This document shows positions 54,925 through 64,000 of a stretch of 64,000 nucleotides of DNA, piece after piece. Position 1 is the stretch's first letter, and the number at the start of each line of letters is the position of its first letter. Under the pieces are notes generated by a model. It was not told the origin of the DNA. It did no database searches and saw only the letters and a list, made by a program, of their open reading frames with translations. Source of the DNA: Phycisphaeraceae bacterium (GTDB taxonomy: Bacteria > Planctomycetota > Phycisphaerae > Phycisphaerales > UBA1924); NCBI GenBank assembly GCA_019636655.1, contig JAHBXB010000002.1:72537-136536 (forward strand). The letters run 5' to 3'. The translations under genes and the position numbers were made by a program.

Positions 54925-56106
54925 ATGGACCGGAAAAAGGACACGGCGGCGAGCGGGGGAGCAGGCGCACGGGGTGGGCGGGCCAAGGTGCCCGACGCCA
55001 AGGAAAGGACGGTTCGACCGATGATGATTACTCCCAGCCCTCTTGAGCAGCACCGGCGCCGCACCCAGGTGCACTTCTCCGCGGGAGCGGAGGAGAAGGC
55101 GGTCGGCGCGCGCAAGGTCAAGCGGGCCCTCAGCCGCGAGGACGAGAAACTGCTGGCGTCGATCCTCTCGGCCGAGCAGGACTTTATCGACAGCCCGGTC
55201 TTCCGCGAGACCGGCGCCGAGAAGTCGATCTACGACGATGCGCCGGACATCCAGAAGCCCGACACATCGTGGTACCACCCGGTGATGGACGACCTGTCGC
55301 CGGGCAAGAGCCGGGCAGTCAAGAGTGCCCAGCAGGTGATCCTGACGGGCGCCGAGGAAAAGGTCCTCTTCCACCAGTTCAACTACGCGCGGTTCCGCGT
55401 GTGGAAACTGCAGGAGGACGTCTGGTCCTCGCCCGATCGCAAGCCGACGGCGGAGCAGGCCGAACTGATCCTGTCGTGGTACCGGCGCGCCGAGCAGATC
55501 CGCGAGCAGATCGCGGAGACGAACCTGGCGCTGGTGCTGGCGATGGCTAAGCGCACCCGCATGAGCGAGGTGGACTTCGCCGATCTGGTCAGCGAGGGCA
55601 ACATGGCTCTGCTGCGGGCCGTCGACAAGTTCGACGCCGGCCGCGGCTACAAGTTCAGCACCTACGCCTGCCGCGCGATCCTCAAGGCCTTCTCACGTCA
55701 GGGCATGAAGCTGAGCAAGTATCGCCAGCGCTTCCCGACCGATTTCGACCCGAAGCTCGAGAAGTCCAACTACCTCGAGACCAAGCGGGCCGGCTTCGAG
55801 AAGGAGGCCGCGGACGAGGTCAAGCGGATCGTCCTGGACAACCGGGCCGATCTGACGGACGTCGAGCGGACGGTGATCGAGCACCGCTTCGGGCTCGAGT
55901 CGGGCGAAGCCGACAAGCCGATGACGCTCGAGCAGGTCGGCCAGATCATCGGCGTCACCAAGGAGCGTGTACGGCAGATCCAGAACAAGGCGATGGACAA
56001 GATCCGCCTGGCGCTGGAGGCCAACTTCCTCCGCTCACGCCCGAACAAGGAAGAGGAAGGCGCCGAGCCGGCGGCAAACAACACGCCCGCCGACGCGGCG
56101 ATCTGA
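54925..56106 (+). CDS. Sigma-70 family RNA polymerase sigma factor with an N-terminal extension; start uncertain
   Basis: Region 2 DLVSEGNMALLRAVDKFDAGRGYKFSTYACRAI. Region 4 MTLEQVGQIIGVTKERVRQIQNKAMDKIR. Confidence 0.85.
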   Translation: MDRKKDTAASGGAGARGGRAKVPDAKERTVRPMMITPSPLEQHRRRTQVHFSAGAEEKAVGARKVKRALSREDEKLLASILSAEQDFIDSPVFRETGAEKSIYDDAPDIQKPDTSWYHPVMDDLSPGKSRAVKSAQQVILTGAEEKVLFHQFNYARFRVWKLQEDVWSSPDRKPTAEQAELILSWYRRAEQIREQIAETNLALVLAMAKRTRMSEVDFADLVSEGNMALLRAVDKFDAGRGYKFSTYACRAILKAFSRQGMKLSKYRQRFPTDFDPKLEKSNYLETKRAGFEKEAADEVKRIVLDNRADLTDVERTVIEHRFGLESGEADKPMTLEQVGQIIGVTKERVRQIQNKAMDKIRLALEANFLRSRPNKEEEGAEPAANNTPADAAI

Positions 56107-56133
56107 CGCCGTTCCACATCATGACTTCACACC

Positions 56134-56167
56134 AGGCCCGGCAGCACGCCGGGCCTTTTTCTTTCTT
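56134..56167 (+). terminator. Rho-independent terminator of the sigma factor gene
   Basis: AGGCCCGGC-AGCAC-GCCGGGCCT followed by TTTTTCTTTCTT. Confidence 0.8.
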
Positions 56168-56219
56168 GAGCGACGCCGCATCAATACCGCGGACTCGCCG
56201 TTTCAGGTTGTGATGATGA

Positions 56220-58640
56220 TCAGCAGCCGCCGGCGGACAGGGCGCCGATCCATGACGTGATGAACTGCGCGATGTCCGAGGGGTCGACCACACCGTTGAG
56301 ATCGAAATCGCCCTCGAGCGTCTGGTTTGTGAGGCTGTTCACCCAATCGGTGATGAACACCGCGATGTCCGACGGCGTGATCATGCCGTCGCCGTCCCAA
56401 TCCACGCGGCAGAGGTCGCGGATGCCGCCGGTAACCACCAGCGCGAACACCGCATCGGTCTGGGGCGTGAGCGGGTTGCCGTCCTGAACGACCTCGTCGG
56501 CGAAGACCTCGACGATCCACGTGCCGGGAACGGGGTTCTCGATGAAGACGTTCTCGATGGTGTCGACGGTGTTGCTCACGCCGCCCGGAGTGGACCAGTT
56601 GCCGACGAGCAGGCCGTTGTTGCCCCAGAAGATCTCCGCCGTTGGCGAAGTCACCTTCACCGAGAGGTCGTTGATCCGAGCAACCGATGCGGCGGTGTTG
56701 CCGGCCGGGTCCTTGTAGACCATCGTGACGCGGAGCGGGGTCGAGCCGTCGACGCTGAAGTTGTACCTCGCGTGCGAGAGGTGCGTCAGGGGCGTTGACT
56801 CGTTGACGATGAACATGCCCGTGCGAAGGTTGTACAGCCGCTCGAGGTCGGCCATCCCCCAGCCCTGGTGCGTGCGCGTCAGGTCCGCCCCGGCCCCGAC
56901 AAAGTCGTACCGGTACGCGGAGTGCACCATCAGCGCCCGGGCCGTCGCGGCGTGGGGGCGATCGGCAAAGACGGAGGGGCCGCCGCCGAACCCGGCGAAG
57001 ACCTGCTCGTGCCACATCTGCGCGAGGAGCCCGAAGGCGCCGGCGGTGATGCCCGTCGACGACGATGAGCCGTCAAAGCCGCCGATGTAGTCCGTGTCGG
57101 ACCCATCGAAGGTGCAGAAGATCGAATCCGCAAAGTGCGAGAGATCGGGCTTGATGCGGCCGTCGGCCGCGGGGCCGATCGAGACGAACCCGCCCCATGA
57201 GTCGTCGGCGCGGGTCAGCGTGTCGTTGTGCAGGATGCCGCCGCAGGCGACGATGTTCTTGGCCCACGCCTCCGGCCGCGCCAACTGGTTGCCCAGGTTG
57301 CTCATGGACTGCGTGAGAATGAGGTCCGCGTTGAACAGGATGTCGTCCATCTGCATGGACTGGGTCGCGTAGGTCGTCGTCCACTCCGAACCCCAGGCGT
57401 TGGCCTGCACGACGGCCCGGTATGGCCCGAGGTCGTCGACCAGTTCCAGCGTGTGGGTGTAGCGGTTGGTGAGCAGGTCCTTGTCCGCGAAAATGCCCTG
57501 CTCGGCGGAGGGCAGCATGCCGCGGCCCTGGCCGTTGCCAGTGCCGGTGGCGATGGCGATGCCCATCACGCAGGTGCCGTGGTTCGTGGAGCCCGACCGT
57601 GGCCCGTGGAAGATGATGGGCGGAGACTGGAAGTCGACGTGCGTCTCACGGACGTTATCGTCCATCACCTCGATGCGGACGCCCTGGCCCGTGAAGCCAA
57701 GCGTCGACTCGATGAAGTTCGCCCCAGTCGCCGCGCGAGCCAGGTTCATGTCCACCGACGTCGGACCGCTCGAGTCGACCCACTGGACCTCTGGCATCGC
57801 CAGGATGGTCAGCAACTGGTCGCGATTCAGCACCGCGCCGACTAGGAACCCTTCGGGGATCAGCGACGTTACTTTGCCGCCGACCTGTTCGATCCGCGTG
57901 GCGACCACCCCTTTGGCCACGGGCCCTCGCTCAAAGGTCTGGACGTTCACCGTGACCGGGCCCATCGCAGCGGATTCGAGCAGCGCGGCCTCACACTTGT
58001 ACGCGGTGTGGTACGGCCCAACCCAGCGGACAAACGGCAGCATGCCGATCGCCTTGGCCGCCTTGGGGTCGGCCTTCACGATGAGGGCGTTGTTGACGAG
58101 GTACGCGACCGGGCTCGCCCCTGCCGCGGCCAAGCTCGTCTTGAACGAGTCGGTCGGCGGGCAGATGCACTGAACGATGAACACGCCAGCGGTAGACGGA
58201 GCCTGGAGCGTCTTGCTCACGGCCGGAGCCGCGGCGAGCGGATCAAAGGCTGCGTACTTGAGCAGGAGCAGGTCGCTGGTCCGGCGGGCGGGCTCGAAAG
58301 TCGGGAGGGGCGACGACGCATCGCGAGAAAGTGAGTACCAGGGGACCCAAACGCCAGCCTCATTCTGCTCCTGCCACCGGGCAACCGCTTCGCCGCCACC
58401 AACCTGAGTCAGAATGATGTTGCGAACCTGTGATGCAGTTTCGTGGATAACCCGTCCATCCGGGGTCGAAACTCGGGTAATCCCGCGTGCGGCCACGGCC
58501 CGCAGCGACGGCGCAGTCACGGCCTTGCCGGTCGCCTGACCGAAAGCCATCGGGTTGATGAGCCCGACGAGCGCAGCGGAACCGATGGCGAGTCGCCCGA
58601 GTGTCCGGTGACGGGAGTTGGAGTCTGGGTTGATAATCAC
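56220..58640 (-). CDS. Secreted S8-family (subtilisin/kexin-like) serine peptidase with a P-domain-like region and a C-terminal Cys...Gly-Cys dockerin-like module
   Basis: IEVMDDNV (Asp), NHGTCVMG (His), GSSSSTGITAG (Ser). C-terminus CRVDWDGDGMITPSDIAVFITDW...GDFDLNGVVDPSDIAQFITSWIGALSAGGC. GTG start at 58640. Confidence 0.82.
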   Translation of the reverse strand: MIINPDSNSRHRTLGRLAIGSAALVGLINPMAFGQATGKAVTAPSLRAVAARGITRVSTPDGRVIHETASQVRNIILTQVGGGEAVARWQEQNEAGVWVPWYSLSRDASSPLPTFEPARRTSDLLLLKYAAFDPLAAAPAVSKTLQAPSTAGVFIVQCICPPTDSFKTSLAAAGASPVAYLVNNALIVKADPKAAKAIGMLPFVRWVGPYHTAYKCEAALLESAAMGPVTVNVQTFERGPVAKGVVATRIEQVGGKVTSLIPEGFLVGAVLNRDQLLTILAMPEVQWVDSSGPTSVDMNLARAATGANFIESTLGFTGQGVRIEVMDDNVRETHVDFQSPPIIFHGPRSGSTNHGTCVMGIAIATGTGNGQGRGMLPSAEQGIFADKDLLTNRYTHTLELVDDLGPYRAVVQANAWGSEWTTTYATQSMQMDDILFNADLILTQSMSNLGNQLARPEAWAKNIVACGGILHNDTLTRADDSWGGFVSIGPAADGRIKPDLSHFADSIFCTFDGSDTDYIGGFDGSSSSTGITAGAFGLLAQMWHEQVFAGFGGGPSVFADRPHAATARALMVHSAYRYDFVGAGADLTRTHQGWGMADLERLYNLRTGMFIVNESTPLTHLSHARYNFSVDGSTPLRVTMVYKDPAGNTAASVARINDLSVKVTSPTAEIFWGNNGLLVGNWSTPGGVSNTVDTIENVFIENPVPGTWIVEVFADEVVQDGNPLTPQTDAVFALVVTGGIRDLCRVDWDGDGMITPSDIAVFITDWVNSLTNQTLEGDFDLNGVVDPSDIAQFITSWIGALSAGGC

Positions 58641-58830
58641 GTGGCGTAATCGATTGCTGAGAGGTACACCCTACCACCAACGCGACAAAAGTCGAGAAAA
58701 TACCGGACGATGTATCGTGGACCGGGCCTCGGCCAATCCTTTACCGCCCGGGCACTCTTGAAGTTCGGTCACAGTTCCGGCCGGGTTTCGAGTGAGGTTG
58801 ACTCCGACCCCAAAAACCCGCTACAGGATC

Positions 58831-58866
58831 AAAGAAAGAGGGCAGGCGCCCCAGGCGTCCGCCCTC
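58831..58866 (-). terminator. Probable rho-independent terminator of 58921-60333
   Basis: 13-bp stem (one mismatch, one G:U) GAGGGCGGACGC/GGCGCCTGCCCTC read on the minus strand, followed by TTTCTTT. Confidence 0.55.
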
Positions 58867-58920
58867 AGATCAGTCGTGGTTATCGGAATGACGATCGCAG
58901 ACTGTTTGCGTCGAAGGCTC

Positions 58921-60333
58921 TTACTCGCGGTCCGGCTCACCGGTGGCGACCGGCTGCGTGTCCACACCCGGATCAACCGGCTGCGCGGCCGTCGCGGTGC
59001 CGGGGATATCGACGGCGGTCAGGATGTCGATCTCCCTGGGAGTCACAATACTGAGCCGCAGCGCGTCGTCAAAGCGGGCCTCGCCCTGAACGCCGATGAC
59101 CCGCCCGAGCTTGCCGTCGAGGTCGATCGGCCCGCTCGGCGAGAGGTAGCCAATGGTGCGGGCAAACCCGGACTCAAGGGATTGGACACGGTACATCTTC
59201 GGGAGCCGCTTGCCGTCGTACACGGTGCTGGGGACCAGCCGTCCGACCATCACGTACTGACGGTTCTTCTGCAGTTCGGCGACAACCAGCCCCAGCCGCG
59301 CCTCCTCGTCGAGCACGGTCCGCGATTTTGCAGTGGACGATGCGAGCGATTCCTGCACCTGCTGACGGAGGCGGAGCACTTCAAGCCGGGCATTCAGGAA
59401 CTCGATCGTCCGCCGGTCCCCACCCTGGGACTCGAGCGCGGCGATCGCCCGCTCAAACTCGGCGATCACCGATGGCAGCTCGGCGTTCTTTCCCGACTGG
59501 GCCTGCTGGTATACCGACTGGAGCTGCTCCACCGTGCCGATGCGGCGTTCGGCGGGCTTGACCTCCAGCGGCTCGGTCGCGATGGCCGGCGTCGCCGGTG
59601 CGGGTACCGGGTTCACAGCGACCGGAGTCGCCGGGGCAGTCGTCGTCTCCGGGTTCGCCGCGGGCGTCGGGGTGGCCGCAATCGGCTTCTCGGGCGTGAC
59701 CACCGGCGTCGTGACCGGAGCCGCGGGCGGTGTGGCCGGGCCGAGCGTCGCCGCGGCGGCGGTAGCTTCCTCGGCCGTCGCTGCACGGACGGAGTCCTCT
59801 TTGACGAACGCGCGTGCCTCGGCGGGGGCCGGCACAAGGTAGCCGTAGACCTTGCCGTCGGGAGTCTTCAGCGACTCGATGACTGGGAAACGAGCGCCGA
59901 CAGGCTGCTCATCCTCAAGGAGGTAGCGCCAGTTCGCACGCTCGCCGCCTGAGATATTCACTGCCCAGATCGTCGACGCCTTGGTGAGCCGCACGGCCTT
60001 TCCGCCGTCCTCGACCGCCGCGTCGGTGGCCTTGACAAAGCCCTTGGAACCTCGCGGGTATTCGACGCGAAGCCAGTGATCATCGGTGCGACCGTCAACC
60101 CGGAGAGGCTGGCCGGATTTGAGCATCGCGACGGCGTAGTACACCAGGCCGGGGCCGGACTTAAGCGGCACGCCGTTGCTGGTGGGGACCACGAAGTATG
60201 GGTCGATCACCTTGACCGGCTGCGTCTGGGCCCAGGCGGGCGCGGCGAACGGGAGCGGAGCAAGGAAGCCGGCGACGGCAACGAGTGCGATCGCGGCGGA
60301 GCGGGAGAGGAAACGCGGGCGCTGGGGCATCAT
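58921..60333 (-). CDS. Secreted hypothetical protein with an N-terminal SH3b-like domain, a Pro/Thr/Ala-rich linker and a coiled-coil/C-terminal domain
   Basis: Signal peptide ...PAWAQ. VPLKSGPGLVYYAVAMLKSGQPLRVDGRTDDHWLRVEY is SH3b-like. Confidence 0.6.
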   Translation of the reverse strand: MMPQRPRFLSRSAAIALVAVAGFLAPLPFAAPAWAQTQPVKVIDPYFVVPTSNGVPLKSGPGLVYYAVAMLKSGQPLRVDGRTDDHWLRVEYPRGSKGFVKATDAAVEDGGKAVRLTKASTIWAVNISGGERANWRYLLEDEQPVGARFPVIESLKTPDGKVYGYLVPAPAEARAFVKEDSVRAATAEEATAAAATLGPATPPAAPVTTPVVTPEKPIAATPTPAANPETTTAPATPVAVNPVPAPATPAIATEPLEVKPAERRIGTVEQLQSVYQQAQSGKNAELPSVIAEFERAIAALESQGGDRRTIEFLNARLEVLRLRQQVQESLASSTAKSRTVLDEEARLGLVVAELQKNRQYVMVGRLVPSTVYDGKRLPKMYRVQSLESGFARTIGYLSPSGPIDLDGKLGRVIGVQGEARFDDALRLSIVTPREIDILTAVDIPGTATAAQPVDPGVDTQPVATGEPDRE

Positions 60334-60615
60334 GCTAAAGACCTCCGTGTCGGTGCGAAACAGGCGTCTATCCTACCGCGCGCGGGGCGGCGTGTCACAA
60401 CCGACACCTCCTAACCGGGGAGGTCGGGGGTGTCGCAAGGGACGGCGGGACACACGGAAGCGCGCGGCATGGGTGGATGTGTTATCCTCCCCGTTGGCTG
60501 GCGGGTCTGGCGCCCCGCACTTGATTGGATCGACCGAATCCCGGGCCCAACTTTGATGATCGGACAGGCGTTGCGAATGGCGGGCAATCGGACGGGTGTA
60601 CGGTCGGGTTGCGGC

Positions 60616-62397
60616 ATGCGGTGGGCCTTCTGGGGGGCGGCGTCGCTGGCACTGGCCGGCTGTGCCTCCCCGCTTTCTGAAGACAACTCGACGGCCCTTC
60701 GGCGGTCGATCGTCCAGTCCGCCGGGCGGGAACTGGTCCAGGCCCAGAAGTACACCGATTTGATGACCACCACCAGGGACCCCCAGGTACCCAACCTGGG
60801 GCTCAAGCCCGAGATCCGGAACGAACTGGAGCGGACCACGGGGCTCGCATCGTTCAAGGGGACGCCGCTGGACCTTGGGCCGTCTCTGCTCCCCGATGGC
60901 GCCCGGCAGACCGCCCCGATTACCCTTGAGCGGGCCATCGCCTCCGCCGTGGCGAACAACCTGGATGTCCAGTTCGCCCGGCTGGCCCCAGCCATCGCCG
61001 GTGACCGAGTCGTCGCGGCGGAAGCGGCGTTCGACTGGGTCATGGTGGGCACCGCTTCCTGGAACAGCCAGGACGAGCCCCGGATCTCAACATCCCTGAC
61101 CGGCGGTGTGACCTCCACCCAGCAGCAGGTCGCCAATGAGACGTTCGGTTTCCGGCGTCGGCTGACGACCGGTGGCCAGTTCCTCGTCCAGCAGGGCTTC
61201 ACGTACACCGACTCGCAAACCCCCCAGTTGCTCCAGGTGCCTGATCCGGCCTACGAGCCAACCATCACCCTCCAGCTGGATCAGCCGCTGCTGAGAAACT
61301 TTGGGTCCGACGTGGCCCTGGCGCAGGTCCGTCTCGCACAGAACGCGGAGCGGGACGATGTCCAGCAACTCAAAGCCACGCTGATCAAGGCCGTCGCCGA
61401 CACCGAGGACGCGTACTGGAACCTGGCACTGGCCCGTCACCAACTCAAGATCTTCGAGCGGCTGTGGGAGCAGGGCGAGGACGTCCGCCGGAAACTCGAG
61501 GCCCGCCGCGGCTTTGACGTCAAGCAGACGCAGTACACCCAGGCCCTCTCCGCGGTGCAGTCCCGCAAGGCCCAGATCACGCGAGCACAGCGGTCGCTGA
61601 CAGAGGCCAGCAACCGGCTCAAGCAACTGATCAACGACCCCGAGTGGACCATTGGGTCCGAGACGCTGCTCCTGCCGGCGGACGTCCCGATTGATGCGCC
61701 GGTGCAGTTCAACCTGGCCGATGCCGCGATGCTCGCGCTGCAGAACCGACCGGAGATCCAGCGGGCCATCATCTCGATCGACGACACGGCCATCCGCCTG
61801 CAGGTAGCGGACAACGCCCGTCTGCCGCTGCTGGATCTGCGGGCGCAGACCCGCTTCAGCGCTCTTGGCGACAATCTCGGCAACTCGTACGACAACCTGC
61901 TGGAAGGGAACTTCGTCAACTTCCTGGTGAGCCTGAACTTCGAGGCCCCCATCGGCAACCGCGCCGCCGAGGCGGAATACGGTGCGCGGCGGCTGGAGCA
62001 GAACCAGGCGGTGATCGCGTACCGCGCCGCGGTGACAGGCGTGGTCGGCGAGGTCAAGACCGCGCTGACGCAGGTGGTCGCCGCGTACACCCTGATCGAG
62101 CAGTCTCACGCGGCCCGCCTGGCCTCGGCGGAGGATCTGCGGGCGCTGCAGATCGAGGTCGAGAACCTCCAGGGGTACACCCCGGAGAGCCTGGACCGGA
62201 CCCTGCGGAGCCAGGAGCGGCTTGCGGCTTCGGAGCAGGAAGAGATCCAGGCGCTGCTGGACTACAACACAAGCCTCTCGCGGCTGTTCACGGCGATGGG
62301 CACCTCGCTGGAGCGGAACCGGATCACCTTCGACGTGCCCAACGTGCCGCAAACCGCGATCCGCAGCCCGTTCAACCCGTTCTACTCGATGCCGTAG
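60616..62397 (+). CDS. TolC-family outer membrane efflux protein (lipoprotein signal)
   Basis: Lipobox LALAGCAS. Two tandem OEP repeats with long coiled helices (LERAIASAVANNLDV..., ALQNRPEIQRA...). An alternative start is 60556. Confidence 0.85.
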   Translation: MRWAFWGAASLALAGCASPLSEDNSTALRRSIVQSAGRELVQAQKYTDLMTTTRDPQVPNLGLKPEIRNELERTTGLASFKGTPLDLGPSLLPDGARQTAPITLERAIASAVANNLDVQFARLAPAIAGDRVVAAEAAFDWVMVGTASWNSQDEPRISTSLTGGVTSTQQQVANETFGFRRRLTTGGQFLVQQGFTYTDSQTPQLLQVPDPAYEPTITLQLDQPLLRNFGSDVALAQVRLAQNAERDDVQQLKATLIKAVADTEDAYWNLALARHQLKIFERLWEQGEDVRRKLEARRGFDVKQTQYTQALSAVQSRKAQITRAQRSLTEASNRLKQLINDPEWTIGSETLLLPADVPIDAPVQFNLADAAMLALQNRPEIQRAIISIDDTAIRLQVADNARLPLLDLRAQTRFSALGDNLGNSYDNLLEGNFVNFLVSLNFEAPIGNRAAEAEYGARRLEQNQAVIAYRAAVTGVVGEVKTALTQVVAAYTLIEQSHAARLASAEDLRALQIEVENLQGYTPESLDRTLRSQERLAASEQEEIQALLDYNTSLSRLFTAMGTSLERNRITFDVPNVPQTAIRSPFNPFYSMP

Positions 62398-62418
62398 CGC
62401 GGGCCACAATAATCACAC

Positions 62419-63417
62419 ATGCGTCACGACGACCTGGCCCGTGCCGTTGAGATCCTCCGCGCCGGCGGCGTGGTCGCGTTCCCGACCGAAACGGTCTATG
62501 GCCTCGGGGCCGATGCTCTTTCGGCGAACGCCGTGCAGCGGGTGTACGAACTCAAAGGCCGGCCCGCACACAACCCGCTAATCGTGCACGTCACCGGCCG
62601 CGACATGGCCGCCAGGGTCTGCTCCGGATGGAACGACGACGCCGAGTCGCTCGCGCGGGCGTTCTGGCCCGGGCCGCTCTCGATCGTCGTCCCCCGCGGC
62701 CCGGGGTTGCCCGATGGGGTCACGGGGGGAGGTACGACCGTGGCCGTCCGGAGCCCGGACCATCCGATGGCGCTGGCCCTGCTGTTCGAGTTCGGCGGTC
62801 CGCTGGTCGGGCCGAGCGCCAACCTCTCGGGGCGGGTGTCGCCGACCACGGCCGAGCACGTGCGGCAGTCGTTCTCGGAGGAAGATGTGTTTGTTCTGGA
62901 TGGCGGCGCGTGCCCGACGGGGATCGAATCGACCGTCGTGCTTATCGACGGGCAGACCATCCGTGTGCTCCGCCCGGGGGTGATCGGGGCGGCGCAGATC
63001 GCCAAAGTGCTGCGGAAGCTCGTCGAACCCGCAGGGAGCGCCGCCGCCGTAAGAACGGCGGATCGGGCGCCCCTCCCGAGCCCCGGCATGCTCGACACGC
63101 ACTACGCCCCCGCGTGCGATGCCGTGCTGTTCGAGCCGCACGACTACGAGCGACTGCTCGCCTCATCCCGTGACGTCATCGTGATCCTGACACACGAGCC
63201 CCGGTCGGTCCCTCCGCCGCACCGGGTGCTGCAAATGCCGGCGGATGCAAACCGGTACGCCAAGGAGTTGTACGCGACTCTTCGCGCGGCGGACGAGACG
63301 AAGCCCTCGTTGATCGCCGTAGAGCGTCCACCGCCCGCCGACCCCATCAACCCCGATGCAGAGATCTGGGAGGCGGTCCTGGACCGACTGGCTCGGGCGA
63401 CGCGGCCGTTCCGTTAG
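62419..63417 (+). CDS. tsaC: L-threonylcarbamoyladenylate synthase, long Sua5-type (TsaC plus Sua5 C-terminal domain)
   Basis: GGVVAFPTETVYGLGADA, KGRPAHNPLIVH, GPSANLSG, and a C-terminal Sua5 domain. Confidence 0.92.
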   Translation: MRHDDLARAVEILRAGGVVAFPTETVYGLGADALSANAVQRVYELKGRPAHNPLIVHVTGRDMAARVCSGWNDDAESLARAFWPGPLSIVVPRGPGLPDGVTGGGTTVAVRSPDHPMALALLFEFGGPLVGPSANLSGRVSPTTAEHVRQSFSEEDVFVLDGGACPTGIESTVVLIDGQTIRVLRPGVIGAAQIAKVLRKLVEPAGSAAAVRTADRAPLPSPGMLDTHYAPACDAVLFEPHDYERLLASSRDVIVILTHEPRSVPPPHRVLQMPADANRYAKELYATLRAADETKPSLIAVERPPPADPINPDAEIWEAVLDRLARATRPFR

Positions 63418-63439
63418 ACCGGTGCAATCGACCGCCCGC

Positions 63440-63883
63440 TCATCCCATCAACGGCTTGATTCCAAGAGCCCGGCGGATCCCGCTGACCTGGCCGCTGTGC
63501 CACCCTTCGTGCCACGCGGCTTTCTCCAGGGCGTCGAGCCGGTCACGGCAGAAGCCGCCCGTGTCGACCGCACAGGGCGCGGTGAGCATCGCATCTGGGA
63601 GCGAGAGGGCGCCGGCGAGCATGGCGTCGAACGAGGCATCGAAGGCCTTCCGCACCTCGGCGAAGGGTGGGTAGGCGTTGGCGTCGGGGACCGGCTTGGT
63701 CCCGGAGCCGAAGAGCGTGTTGAACTCCGGCGGGAGCGCCGGCGCCGAGACACCAAGCGCCGTAGCGAACCAGGCGTACGTCGCCGCGAGATGGCCGATG
63801 GTCCACAGCACGTGGTTGTCGGTGGGCGAAGCCTGGAAGGTCACTTTGTCGAGCGGGAAGTCCTTGATCATGTCAACGAGCAT
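63440..63883 (-). CDS. DinB-family (DinB_2 four-helix-bundle) protein; the N-terminus may be longer
   Basis: VLWTIGHLA...WHEGWHSGQV. The frame stays open with no ATG/GTG/TTG from 63884 to the window end, so the true start may lie beyond 64000. Confidence 0.7.
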   Translation of the reverse strand: MLVDMIKDFPLDKVTFQASPTDNHVLWTIGHLAATYAWFATALGVSAPALPPEFNTLFGSGTKPVPDANAYPPFAEVRKAFDASFDAMLAGALSLPDAMLTAPCAVDTGGFCRDRLDALEKAAWHEGWHSGQVSGIRRALGIKPLMG

Positions 63884-64000
63884 GGTGTGAGCAAACCGCA
63901 GGGAGGTGACGGCACGATCCCTGCTCGCCGCGGGCGGCGCGGCGGCGCGGAGCCGGCGATGAGCGCCCGCACGCCGGGGCGAAACCTTGCGGCGTGATCG

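Noticed and set aside
63884-64000. An open reading frame continuing upstream of the DinB-family gene to the window edge
   Set aside because: It contains no ATG/GTG/TTG and encodes an Arg/Ala-rich stretch. I cannot decide whether the gene starts at 63883 or beyond the window, so only the supported part is annotated.

Overview
This is a visibly high-GC chromosomal segment; GC content and codon statistics were judged by eye, not computed. The gene content points to Planctomycetota, probably a Phycisphaerae-like organism. The evidence is PEP-CTERM proteins, a DUF1800/DUF1501 pair, a PVC-type 'small basic protein', fibro-slime-domain proteins, and Cys-terminated dockerin-like tails. The window is mostly housekeeping.

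Main content, in order:
- groES/groEL, rmuC, an ABC-2 exporter, an aminotransferase, an orphan nuoI-like ferredoxin, pyrF, ffh, an AI-2E transporter and mpg.
- System II cytochrome c biogenesis genes (resB/ccsA).
- A ~15.5 kb minus-strand respiratory supercluster: alternative complex III actABCDEF, a small His-rich membrane protein, SCO1, caa3-type oxidase ctaCDE plus subunit IV, and a distal 2-TM protein. ctaA lies divergently next to it.
- DUF1800/DUF1501, a Y-family polymerase, Mn-type SOD, a sigma-70 family factor, an S8 peptidase, a TolC-like protein, Sua5/TsaC and a DinB-fold protein.

I found no rRNA, tRNA or CRISPR array, and no convincing new multi-gene system such as a defence island.

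The items most worth a second look are:
1. An IS200-like Y1/HUH (RAYT-like) gene bracketed by two near-identical 30-nt hairpins with a compensated stem change.
2. A 74-codon ORF inserted between groES and groEL.
3. A Cys...Gly-Cys dockerin-like module shared by two unrelated secreted proteins.
4. Tandem, partly homogenised fibro-slime-domain genes.
5. Unassigned accessory proteins and His-rich tails inside the ACIII-caa3 cluster.

Many very long ORFs in the supplied track are antisense artefacts of the high GC content. Several track ORFs were trimmed to internal starts supported by SD sequences or ATGA stop/start overlaps.
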